From assembly GCA_045123695.1 (NCBI GenBank), contig JBGVKJ010000019.1, forward strand, positions 204,805-268,804: 64,000 bases of DNA. Direction: 5' to 3'. Positions 9,593 through 18,036 of this stretch are shown here, in pieces. The position numbers and the translations under genes were made by a program. This DNA is from Acutalibacteraceae bacterium. Its GTDB lineage: Bacteria > Bacillota > Clostridia > Oscillospirales > Acutalibacteraceae. Within the stretch, counting starts at the first letter, position 1; each line of letters starts with the position of its first letter. The notes under the pieces were generated by a model, which was not told where the DNA came from, did no database searches, and worked only from the letters and a program-made list of their open reading frames with translations.

Positions 9593-10292
9593 TGCAATGC
9601 GTTTTGCCGATATTGAATACAATCTCTCTGTTATACGTGAGCGTATTGCCAAAGCGGCAGAACAAAGCGGAAGAAGTGCGGATGATATTACTCTTATGGC
9701 GGTTACAAAAACCGTTGAGCCTGAGTATATAAACCACGCTATCGACTGCGGAATAAATCTTATCGGTGAAAATAAAGTTCAGGAATATCTCGGCAAAAAG
9801 CCGTTTCTGCGTAATTGCGAAGCGCATCTTATCGGACATCTGCAGACCAATAAGGTAAGGCAGATTGTAGGTGAGGTCAGTATGATTCAGTCTGTTGACA
9901 GTATAAGACTTGCAAACGAAATTGCGAAACGTTCGCTTGCGGCAGGTATAACTACCGATATTCTTGCCGAAATCAACGTCGGCGGCGAAGATTCAAAAAG
10001 CGGTATTGAGTGGGATTCTGCAGAGGAAACAATTGCGCAGTTAGCAGAAATAAAGGGAATCAGACTGCAAGGTTTGATGGCAATACCGCCGGTTTGTGAA
10101 AATAGTGATGAAGCACGTATGTTTTTTTCAAAAATGAGGCGTTTGTTTGTTGACATTCGCGATAAAAAATTAGATAATGTAAATATGAGTGTATTGTCGA
10201 TGGGTATGTCTTCAGACTACTGCGAAGCAGTTCTTGAAGGTTCTACGCTTGTCCGTGTAGGTTCATCAATTTTCGGCAAGCGCATATATTAA
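9570..10292 (+). CDS. yggS: YggS/YlmE-family pyridoxal-phosphate homeostasis protein
   Basis: 240 aa with the motifs AVTKT (PLP lysine), HLIGHLQTNK and LSMGMSSDY. It lies directly upstream of sepF, as in the ylm cluster. Confidence 0.9.
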   Translation: MTEKQSVDAMRFADIEYNLSVIRERIAKAAEQSGRSADDITLMAVTKTVEPEYINHAIDCGINLIGENKVQEYLGKKPFLRNCEAHLIGHLQTNKVRQIVGEVSMIQSVDSIRLANEIAKRSLAAGITTDILAEINVGGEDSKSGIEWDSAEETIAQLAEIKGIRLQGLMAIPPVCENSDEARMFFSKMRRLFVDIRDKKLDNVNMSVLSMGMSSDYCEAVLEGSTLVRVGSSIFGKRIY

Positions 10293-10315
10293 TAAAATTA
10301 CGGAGGTTACAGCAA

Positions 10316-10903
10316 ATGAGTAAGATTACAGATTCTTTCAGCAAATATATCAGCTACAGCGAAGGCGATTATTATGATGATGCCGACAGCCTCGATTACA
10401 ATTATTCACAGGATGATGAACCGGAGAATGATGAGCCTGTTCAGCAGAGCAGTTCTTTGACTCCCAAGAAGAGCATTTTCGATGCATTCCGCGGTCGCAC
10501 AACCAAGCGTCAGGCAGAGCCCGATTACGACGATAACGACGACGATAGTTATTATGACGAGCGTCCCCGTCGCAGTGCAGCTTCCGATAATGTAGTCGAT
10601 TTCAATTCAAGATCCAGATCAGGTAATGCAAAGGTTATTCTTGCAAAGCCCTCAATGTTTGATTCGGAAACAGTTAAGGATATTGCAAGGCATGTAAACA
10701 AGCAGCGCCTTGTACTGCTCAATCTTGATCATATGAGCGACTCCGATGTCCGCAGAATGATCGACTTCCTCAGCGGTGTTGTATTTGCCAATGACGGTAA
10801 AATCAGCTGTGTTTCCAATAAAACTTTTATCATTCTTCCGCACAATTACGATTTTTCAGGCGATGTTCTGGAAAACATTAAAAACGGATATTACTCAATC
10901 TAA
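10316..10903 (+). CDS. sepF: Cell division protein SepF
   Basis: A disordered acidic N-terminal half is followed by the conserved SepF core (VILAKPSMFDSETVKDIARHVNKQRLVLLNLDHM..., RMIDFLSGVVFANDGKI). Confidence 0.9.
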   Translation: MSKITDSFSKYISYSEGDYYDDADSLDYNYSQDDEPENDEPVQQSSSLTPKKSIFDAFRGRTTKRQAEPDYDDNDDDSYYDERPRRSAASDNVVDFNSRSRSGNAKVILAKPSMFDSETVKDIARHVNKQRLVLLNLDHMSDSDVRRMIDFLSGVVFANDGKISCVSNKTFIILPHNYDFSGDVLENIKNGYYSI

Positions 10904-10930
10904 GTATCACACTTAAGGAGGATATAAATA

Positions 10931-12232
10931 ATGACACCTGCAGAAATCAGAGCTCACAATTTCCCTTCAGCCGGCAGAGGTACATACCGCTCAATCGATG
11001 TTGACGAGTTTATCGGCGAGATAGCAAGTGCCTTTGAAAGCATCAATCAGGAGAAAAATGAATATATCAGACGAATTGCCGCTCTTACCGAAAAAGTAGA
11101 GGCATATCAGAAGGAAGAAAATAACATCAGCGCAGCACTTCTCACAGCTCAGAAGATGTCTGCCTCCATTACGGCAGAGGCAGAAACAGCTGCAAACGAG
11201 AAGCTCGAGTCAGCAACAGCTGTCGCTGAGCAGACCCTTTCCGAGGCTCAGCTCAGAGCAGATGAGCTTCTTACAGATGCTCAGACAAAATCAGATGCAA
11301 TGATTTCTGAGGCTGAAGCCGTTGCAAAGCAGACTGTTGAATCAGCATCTGTTCAGGCTGAGAAAACTCTCACCGATGCAGAGTCTGTTGCTTCCGAGCA
11401 GATTACAAAGGCTGATGTTGCTTCACGCGATAAGATGCTTAAGGCTGACAACTATTACAACGAAAAGGTTGCCGCAGCAGACAAAAAAGCAGCAGAGACG
11501 GTTGCTGCAGCAGAGCAGCGTGCGGCTGAAATAAACGCTCAGAATGCACTCGAGCAGGCAGAGCAGCAGAAGCTTATTGATTTGCTCAAGCTTGAAGCTA
11601 ACGACTTCCGTTCATCACTTCTTGTCGCTTATGCAGAGCATATTGAGCTTATTAAAAAACTTCCCGAGCTTGCAGCAGAGCAGGTCGCTGCACTCAAGGC
11701 AGAAACTCCGGAAGCTGAAATCGTTGAAGAAGCAACCGAAGAAATTGCAGAAGAGACTTCAGAAGAAGTTGAGTATGACGATGTAGCCCAGGCGGTGTAT
11801 GCTGCGGCAGAAGTCGAAGAAGAGTTCGAAGAAGTAGAAGACGAAGAAGAGCTCGAAGAAGTAGAAGACGAAGAAGAATTCGAAGAAATCGAAGACGAAG
11901 AAGAATTCGAAGAAATCGAAGACGAAGAAGAACTCGAAGAAATCGAAGATGAAGAAGAGCTCGAAGAAGTAGAAGACGAAGAAGAATTCGAAGAAATCGA
12001 GGACGAAGAAGAGGCAGAAGATGAAGAAACAATGGGATTCATCTTTGCAGATGAGCTTGGAGACGAAGAAGAGTTCGATAATTTTACGATAGAGGGATTT
12101 GACTCCGGCGAATCAGCTAACGTATCTAAAACAGGTACGGTTTACGAAGTGGTTGATGATATCGATGACGATGAAGGCGAAGAAGACAGCGATGCTGAGT
12201 CGTTCTTCAGAGGCTTTTTCAAGAAAAAATAA
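10931..12232 (+). CDS. divIVA: DivIVA-domain protein with a long coiled-coil and a highly acidic repetitive C-terminal region
   Basis: N-terminal DivIVA lipid-binding motif (MTPAEIRAHNFPSAGRGTYRSIDVDEFIGEI), an Ala/Glu-rich coiled-coil, then EDEEE[FL]EE[VI] repeats. Confidence 0.85.
   Translation: MTPAEIRAHNFPSAGRGTYRSIDVDEFIGEIASAFESINQEKNEYIRRIAALTEKVEAYQKEENNISAALLTAQKMSASITAEAETAANEKLESATAVAEQTLSEAQLRADELLTDAQTKSDAMISEAEAVAKQTVESASVQAEKTLTDAESVASEQITKADVASRDKMLKADNYYNEKVAAADKKAAETVAAAEQRAAEINAQNALEQAEQQKLIDLLKLEANDFRSSLLVAYAEHIELIKKLPELAAEQVAALKAETPEAEIVEEATEEIAEETSEEVEYDDVAQAVYAAAEVEEEFEEVEDEEELEEVEDEEEFEEIEDEEEFEEIEDEEELEEIEDEEELEEVEDEEEFEEIEDEEEAEDEETMGFIFADELGDEEEFDNFTIEGFDSGESANVSKTGTVYEVVDDIDDDEGEEDSDAESFFRGFFKKK
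11812..12013 (+). repeat. In-frame 30-bp tandem repeat (about 6.5 units) encoding EDEEE[FL]EE[VI]
   Basis: Directly visible periodicity: gaagacgaagaagaRYtcgaagaaRtM repeated. It translates to EEEFEEVEDEEELEEVEDEEEFEEIEDEEEFEEIEDEEELEEIEDEEELEEVEDEEEFEEIEDEEE. Confidence 0.9.
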
Positions 12233-12245
12233 CGGGGGAAAATAA

Positions 12246-12737
12246 ATGTCGTCTGTTATATGCTGTGTTTTGGTCATAGCTATTGCTGTGGCTGATCAGC
12301 TTATAAAGCTTGCTGTACTTGATTCTTCACTTGTCAGCGGTCAGGTCTTTACGGTTATTGATAATTTTCTACAGTTCAGATATGTTGAAAATACAGGTGC
12401 AGCGTTCAGCCTTTTTGAAGGTAAAACGGCGTTGCTTGCAGTGTTCTCGGCACTTGTAATGTCAGTCGGATTTTATATTCTGATTGCACGAAAGCTCAAG
12501 TCAAAGGTGCTTGTTGCAAGTGTTGTTATGATAATGGGCGGCGGTCTCGGTAATCTTATCGACAGAATACGTCTTCAATTTGTTGTAGATTATATTGAGG
12601 CACTGTTTGTTGATTTTCCCGTTTTCAATTTTGCGGATTGCTTTATAACCGTAGGCGAGTTTATTCTCGTAGGATATCTTCTTTGGGATATTTTCCGCGA
12701 TTTCAAAAAAGGCAGGTCAAAAACCGATGGAGAATAA
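12246..12737 (+). CDS. lspA: Lipoprotein signal peptidase (signal peptidase II)
   Basis: 163 aa with four TM segments. Motifs NTGAAFS and FNFADCFITVG carry the catalytic Asp residues. Confidence 0.9.
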   Translation: MSSVICCVLVIAIAVADQLIKLAVLDSSLVSGQVFTVIDNFLQFRYVENTGAAFSLFEGKTALLAVFSALVMSVGFYILIARKLKSKVLVASVVMIMGGGLGNLIDRIRLQFVVDYIEALFVDFPVFNFADCFITVGEFILVGYLLWDIFRDFKKGRSKTDGE

Positions 12738-13653
12738 GCGGGTCTTTTGCTTTACCGTTGAGTCTGCTGACGAAGGTGAGCGTCTCGATAAGCTGATTTG
12801 CACTATGGCTCCAGAGCTTTCACGCAATTTTGTTCAAAAAGTTTTTGATGACGGCGGTGTTACGGTAAACGGTAAGCTCAAAAAAAAGAGTTACTGTGCT
12901 GTTCAGGGTGACGAAGTGCTGGTGCTTGCTCCCGAGCTTCGCGAGCTTGAGGCTCAGCCGCAGGATATACCTCTTGATATCCGATATGAGGACGAGAGCC
13001 TGCTTGTTGTAAACAAGCCGCGCGGTATGGTTGTACACCCTGCACCCGGCAATCCCGACGGTACGTTGGTAAACGCTTTGCTGCATCACTGTAAAGGCAG
13101 TTTGTCGGGTATCAACGGCGTTATACGCCCGGGTATAGTGCATAGAATCGATAAGAATACAAGCGGTTTGCTGATTGTGGCAAAAACCGATGAAGCTCAT
13201 ATGAGCCTTGCTTCGCAGATTCAGGCTCACAGCTTTACCAGAGAATACCGTGCCGTTGTTCATGGCAGCTTCAAAGAGCCGACAGGCACGATTGATGCTC
13301 CTATAGGCCGCAATCCCAACGACCGTAAAAAGATGTGTGTTACATCTGTTCATTCACGTAACGCGGTTACGCACTATGAAGTGCTTGAAACCTATAAAAA
13401 ATTTTCCTTTGTCAGGGTTAAGCTTGAAACAGGAAGAACTCATCAGATAAGAGTGCATATGGCTCATATAGGTCATCCCGTAGCAGGTGACGATGTTTAC
13501 GGCCCTGCAAACGGTGTTTCTCTCGGCGGTCAGTGCCTGCATGCAGGCCTTATCGGCTTTGAGCACCCGCAGGATGGCAGATATATTGAGCTTTCTGCTG
13601 AGCTTCCTGATTACTTTACCGATTTTTTGGCAAAGGTATCAAAAAGTATGTAA
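12727..13653 (+). CDS. rluD: RluA-family 23S rRNA pseudouridine synthase (RluD-like)
   Basis: S4 domain at the N-terminus, catalytic motif HRIDKNTSGLLIVAK, and TGRTHQIRVHMAHIGHPVAGD. It overlaps the lspA 3' end, giving the conserved lspA-rluD pair. Confidence 0.9.
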   Translation: MENKRVFCFTVESADEGERLDKLICTMAPELSRNFVQKVFDDGGVTVNGKLKKKSYCAVQGDEVLVLAPELRELEAQPQDIPLDIRYEDESLLVVNKPRGMVVHPAPGNPDGTLVNALLHHCKGSLSGINGVIRPGIVHRIDKNTSGLLIVAKTDEAHMSLASQIQAHSFTREYRAVVHGSFKEPTGTIDAPIGRNPNDRKKMCVTSVHSRNAVTHYEVLETYKKFSFVRVKLETGRTHQIRVHMAHIGHPVAGDDVYGPANGVSLGGQCLHAGLIGFEHPQDGRYIELSAELPDYFTDFLAKVSKSM

Positions 13654-13702
13654 TTATATTGGTTACAATAAATTAAAAATAAATTTTTCGGAGGTGACTG
13701 TT

Positions 13703-14548
13703 TTGGACGCAGCAGCTAAAAAGCAGTTGAAGATCAAAGCAAACAAAGTCAGACACGGTATTATTGAGGGCGTTTATAACGCAAAGTCGGGTCATCCCGG
13801 TGGCTCTCTTTCTATTGCCGATGTTATGACATATCTCTATTTTTCAGAGATGAACGTTGACCCCAAAAATCCCAAATGGGAGGGCCGCGACAGACTTGTT
13901 CTTTCAAAGGGACATACTGCACCTGCTCTCTATGCCGCTCTTGCACTCAAAGGTTTCTTCCCGTTTGAAGAGCTCAAGATGCTCCGTAAGCCCGGCTCAA
14001 TGCTCCAGGGTCATCCCAGTATGAAGCTTACCCCCGGTGTTGATATGAGCACAGGTTCACTCGGTCAGGGTATTTCCGCAGCTTGCGGTATGGCTCTGGG
14101 CGCAAAGCTCAGCGGTGCCGAGTTCAGAGTTTATGCAGTCCTTGGTGACGGCGAAATCCAGGAAGGTCAGGTCTGGGAGGCAGCAATGTATGCTTCCGCT
14201 AAGGGTCTTGATAACCTTGTAGCTGTTATCGATAACAATAATCTTCAGATTGACGGCACGGTTTCACACGTTAACTCACCTTATCCGATTCCTGAAAAGT
14301 TCAAGTCTTTCGGATGGAATGTAATTGAAATCTGCGGTGATAATTTCGATGAAATTGATGCAGCATTCAACGCTGCAAGAAGCTTTGTCGGCAAGCCCAC
14401 AGCAATTATTGCCAAGACCGTTAAGGGCAAGGGCGTTTCCTTTATGGAAGATAATTGCGACTGGCACGGTACAGCTCCCAATCAGGAGCAGTACGAGAAG
14501 GCACTTGCAGAGCTTGATGAAGAGCTTGCAAAGCTTGAGCAGATGTAA
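13703..14548 (+). CDS. Transketolase, N-terminal (TPP-binding) subunit
   Basis: Motifs SGHPGGSLS, KGHTAPALYA and GDGEIQEGQVWEA. GGAGG at 13690-13694 lies 8 nt before the TTG at 13703. The ORF-track start at 13487 overlaps rluD and is rejected. Confidence 0.9.
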   Translation: MDAAAKKQLKIKANKVRHGIIEGVYNAKSGHPGGSLSIADVMTYLYFSEMNVDPKNPKWEGRDRLVLSKGHTAPALYAALALKGFFPFEELKMLRKPGSMLQGHPSMKLTPGVDMSTGSLGQGISAACGMALGAKLSGAEFRVYAVLGDGEIQEGQVWEAAMYASAKGLDNLVAVIDNNNLQIDGTVSHVNSPYPIPEKFKSFGWNVIEICGDNFDEIDAAFNAARSFVGKPTAIIAKTVKGKGVSFMEDNCDWHGTAPNQEQYEKALAELDEELAKLEQM

Positions 14549-14611
14549 TCGGTACGCTTTTGATTTATAAAGAAAGGTAACGGTGCATTTATTGCACTGT
14601 ATGGTGATATT

Positions 14612-15559
14612 ATGGCAGACGTAATTAAGACAGCAACTCGCGATGCTTACGGTAAAGCACTCGTTGAGCTCGGTCAGAAAAACGACAAAGTAGTTGTTCT
14701 TGATGCAGACCTTGCAAAGGCTACAAAGACAATTGCTTTCAAAAAAGAATTCCCCGACAGATTCTTTGATACAGGTATTGCAGAGTGTAATATGATGGGT
14801 GTTGCAGCAGGTCTTGCTACAACAGGCTATACTGTTTTTGCAAGCTCGTTTGCAATGTTTGCTGCAGGCAGAGCTTTTGAGCAGATCAGAAACTCAATCG
14901 GCTATACTCATCTCAATGTCAAAATCGGTGCAACTCACGCAGGTATCTCCGTAGGTGAGGACGGCGCAAGCCACCAGTGCTGTGAGGATATCGCACTTAT
15001 GCGTACAATCCCCGGTATGATTGTTATCAACCCTGCTGACGATGTCGAAGCAAGACTTGCTGTGCTTGCTGCAGCAGAGATTGACGGTCCTGTTTACCTT
15101 CGTTTTGGCAGACTTGCAACACCCAGACTTTTCGGTGACGACTACAAGTTCGAAATCGGCAAAGGCGTTGAGCTTAAGGCAGGTACAGACGTTACAATCA
15201 TCGCTACAGGTCTTATGGTAAACGAGGCTCTTATTGCGGCAGAGACACTTGCTGCCGACGGTATTAATGCAAGAGTTGTCAATATGGCTACAATCAAGCC
15301 TATCGATAAGGATATCGTTATCAAGGCTGCTAAGGAAACAGGTGTTATCGTCACTGCAGAAGAGCACAGCGTTATCGGCGGTCTCGGCTCAGCTGTTGCA
15401 GATGTTGTATGCGAAGAGTGCCCCGTACCCGTACTCCGTGTCGGTGTTGAGGATGAATACGGTGCTTCAGGTCCTGCAGTAGAAATGCTTAAGATTTACG
15501 GTCTTACAGCGGATAATATCGTTGCCAAGGCTAAGGCTGCAGTTGCTCTCAAAAAATAA
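14612..15559 (+). CDS. Transketolase, C-terminal (pyrimidine-binding) subunit
   Basis: 315 aa with FFDTGIAECNMMGVAAGLA and GASHQCCEDIALMR motifs. It pairs with the upstream N-terminal subunit. Confidence 0.9.
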   Translation: MADVIKTATRDAYGKALVELGQKNDKVVVLDADLAKATKTIAFKKEFPDRFFDTGIAECNMMGVAAGLATTGYTVFASSFAMFAAGRAFEQIRNSIGYTHLNVKIGATHAGISVGEDGASHQCCEDIALMRTIPGMIVINPADDVEARLAVLAAAEIDGPVYLRFGRLATPRLFGDDYKFEIGKGVELKAGTDVTIIATGLMVNEALIAAETLAADGINARVVNMATIKPIDKDIVIKAAKETGVIVTAEEHSVIGGLGSAVADVVCEECPVPVLRVGVEDEYGASGPAVEMLKIYGLTADNIVAKAKAAVALKK

Positions 15560-15573
15560 GAGGAGAACAAACC

Positions 15574-15852
15574 ATGAGTGAAGAAAGGTCTTTCAAAAAG
15601 TCGGCTCTGGGCGGCTTTAACCGCAAGGATGTAATGGCATATATCGAGGAGCTTATGAAACTGATTCAGACTCTTCGTGCTGAAAACAAGCGTAAGGATG
15701 AGCGTATAAATGACCTCGAGCGTAAGCTGGCTGTTTACGAAGAGGCTTGCTCTGCATCCTCGGTTATGGCATCGGAAGAAGAGGACGACTCTGAAAATAT
15801 ATTTAATGAGATTGATGAAATTCTTCTCAGGTACCTCGGTAAGGAGGAGTAA
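15574..15852 (+). CDS. Small coiled-coil protein with a DivIVA-like N-terminal motif (hypothetical)
   Basis: 92 aa. FKKSALGGFNRKDVMAYIEEL resembles the F..x..GY..xEVDxFLDxV motif of DivIVA-type proteins. A heptad-rich segment and an acidic tail follow. RBS GAGGAG lies upstream. Confidence 0.4.
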   Translation: MSEERSFKKSALGGFNRKDVMAYIEELMKLIQTLRAENKRKDERINDLERKLAVYEEACSASSVMASEEEDDSENIFNEIDEILLRYLGKEE

Positions 15853-15854
15853 CC

Positions 15855-16382
15855 GTGGCAGAGTACAGGTTGACTTCTTCTCAGCTTAAAGAATATGCCC
15901 CGCAGCTTAACTGTGGCGACCGAGTGCTTCTGAGCGGTACTGTCTATACGGCACGCGATGCCGCGCATAAGCGTATTGTGGCAATGATGGCTGATAAACA
16001 GCCTTTGCCTTTTGAAATTGACGGTGCATCAATCTATTATGCAGGTCCTACTCCTGCGCCTGAGGGTTTGCCTATAGGCAGCTGTGGCCCGACCACTTCT
16101 TCGCGAATGGACCCTTACGCTCCGCTTCTGCTTGATAACGGGCTTGTTGCCATGATCGGTAAAGGTCCGCGTAACAGAGAGGTTGTCGATGCTTTGGTTC
16201 GCAATAAAGCAGTTTATCTTTGTGCTATAGGCGGTGCAGGTGCTCTTGCGGCTCAGTGTATCACCTCGTGTGAAGTTATTGCTTTTGAAGATCTCGGTTG
16301 TGAGAGTGTAAAGCGCCTCGAGTTTTGCGATTTTCCGCTTATTGTCGGTATTGACTCTCAGGGCGGCAGTCTTTTTTCATAA
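15855..16382 (+). CDS. Fe-S-dependent hydro-lyase beta subunit (class I fumarase / L(+)-tartrate dehydratase C-terminal-domain family)
   Basis: 175 aa. Matches include LLSGTVYTARDAAHKR, IYYAGPTPAPEG, GSCGPTTSSRMD and MIGKGPR. GTG start 3 nt after the preceding stop. Confidence 0.8.
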   Translation: MAEYRLTSSQLKEYAPQLNCGDRVLLSGTVYTARDAAHKRIVAMMADKQPLPFEIDGASIYYAGPTPAPEGLPIGSCGPTTSSRMDPYAPLLLDNGLVAMIGKGPRNREVVDALVRNKAVYLCAIGGAGALAAQCITSCEVIAFEDLGCESVKRLEFCDFPLIVGIDSQGGSLFS

Positions 16383-16399
16383 AAGTATAATATTTAAAC

Positions 16400-16440
16400 A
16401 GAGCAGTTTCGCTTACGGTGAAACTGCTCTTTCTTTTTTG
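16400..16440 (+). terminator. Rho-independent terminator
   Basis: Stem AGAGCAGTTTC (16400-16410) pairs with GAAACTGCTCT (16420-16430), followed by TTCTTTTTT. Confidence 0.8.
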
Positions 16441-16503
16441 TACTAAATCGGACAGGGCTTGAATATAGATTGCATAGAAACTTTTGAAGGCGAGGTAAAA
16501 TAA

Positions 16504-18021
16504 ATGGATTTTAATGTTGATAAACAGCAGCTTTGTGACTGTCGGATTGTGCGTGAAGCAAAAGCGGAGCAGGGAGTGGACGGTGACCTGACTCTGCCCG
16601 ATTACTGTCCCGACATAAAAAGCATACTATGCTGTAATATTGAACCGGGCGTAAATTCCGTCAATATAACAGGCAACCGTATCACCGCCGACGGAAATGC
16701 GGTAATTCGTTTAATTTATGTGAGCGCAGCCGGTAAACTTGCCTGCTTTGAGCAAAACTATCCTTTGAGTAAATATGTCGAAATGAGTTCACTTACGCCC
16801 GAGTGCAATGTTTCGGCAAAAGCAAAGGTCAGCTATGTGAATTGCCGTGCCGTAAGTCCGAGAAGGGTCGATGTGCACGGCTGTGTGTCTGTGCTGTTTT
16901 CGGTTATGTGCTGTGAGAGTAAAAATTTTATTTCGTCAGTAAACGGCGACGGTGTGCATCAGAAATTGATACCTTTTCAAGGTTGCAGTGCGGCAGGCTG
17001 TGCAACCAAGCTTTTTGAAATGAGCGAATTAATCACTTTGGCCGATTCGGATTCACCGATTAAAGGTATAATCCGTTCTTCAGCCGTACCGATTATTAAT
17101 GAAATGAAAGCTGTCAGCAATAAACTTCTTGTTAAAGGTGAACTCCAGCTTTGCGTTACTATGTGTTGTGAAGATTCGGGTGTTAAAAAGCATGAACATT
17201 CTATGCCGATAAGTCAGATAATCGAGCTTGACGGCGTTGACGATTCGTGTATATGTGATGTAAAGGCGGAGATATCGTCTATAGATATAAAAATCAGGAC
17301 AGATGACGGTAATGAGCCGACAAAGCTCGATGCGGCTGTTGCAGTGCAAGCGGAGGTTTGCGGTTATAAGCCACTCAACTGTGCTTGCGTAGAAGATGTC
17401 TATTCGGTGAAAAGAGAACTTGATGTAAGTGCTTCTTCTGTTAAATCAAACCGCTTTGCAGGTGCACTTGACGAGATTTTTCTTGTCACTTTTCAGCCCG
17501 ATTTTTCGGGTAATGAAGTGAGTGAAATAATCGATTCGTGGTGTGAAAGTGCAACTTGTGTCAGCGGCAGTGACAACGGCTCGGTTGAGCTGAGCGGTAC
17601 GGTTACGCTTTGCGTACTGTATATCGATTCAAATGGTAGTCCTGCTTTTGCACGCCGCCAGAATGATTATCGCTTCAATAAAGATTTTCCGAAAGTTAAA
17701 GGCAAGCTTGTCGGTAATACAAGTGTACAGCCCTGCGGTGTTTCTTTAATCGGCAGAGGCTCAAACCTTAATGCTAAGGTACAGCTGAAAGCGAGCGGCT
17801 GTATGTTTGAAACAGAAGATTTAATGGCTGTTATGGGCGTAGAAGAGATAGAAAACACCGAAAAGAGCGGCTCGGATTTTGCTGTTACCGTCTATTTCGC
17901 TGAAAACGGCGAAAAGTTATGGGATATTGCGAAAAAGTACAATACTTCCGAGGAAACAATTCGCCGTCGCAACAATGTAAAAGCCGATGTGCTCGAGCAA
18001 GAAACAATGCTGATTATATAA
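16504..18021 (+). CDS. SipL/SpoVID-like spore-coat morphogenetic protein (DUF3794/SPOCS-type repeats plus C-terminal LysM)
   Basis: 505 aa. The C-terminal LysM-like segment is VTVYFAENGEKLWDIAKKYNTSEETIRRRNNV. The gene ends 15 nt before spoIVA. The family call rests on architecture and synteny with spoIVA. Confidence 0.65.
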   Translation: MDFNVDKQQLCDCRIVREAKAEQGVDGDLTLPDYCPDIKSILCCNIEPGVNSVNITGNRITADGNAVIRLIYVSAAGKLACFEQNYPLSKYVEMSSLTPECNVSAKAKVSYVNCRAVSPRRVDVHGCVSVLFSVMCCESKNFISSVNGDGVHQKLIPFQGCSAAGCATKLFEMSELITLADSDSPIKGIIRSSAVPIINEMKAVSNKLLVKGELQLCVTMCCEDSGVKKHEHSMPISQIIELDGVDDSCICDVKAEISSIDIKIRTDDGNEPTKLDAAVAVQAEVCGYKPLNCACVEDVYSVKRELDVSASSVKSNRFAGALDEIFLVTFQPDFSGNEVSEIIDSWCESATCVSGSDNGSVELSGTVTLCVLYIDSNGSPAFARRQNDYRFNKDFPKVKGKLVGNTSVQPCGVSLIGRGSNLNAKVQLKASGCMFETEDLMAVMGVEEIENTEKSGSDFAVTVYFAENGEKLWDIAKKYNTSEETIRRRNNVKADVLEQETMLII

Positions 18022-18036
18022 GGAGGATCGATTGAA

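Noticed and set aside
11629-12042. Ser-rich (137 aa) and Leu/Arg-rich (112 aa) minus-strand ORFs
   Set aside because: They are mirror translations of the GAA/GAG-rich tandem repeat inside divIVA, so they are open only because of repeat composition.
13487-13702. Upstream extension of the transketolase N-subunit ORF
   Set aside because: It overlaps the rluD 3' end in another frame. The conserved transketolase sequence and the RBS support the TTG at 13703.
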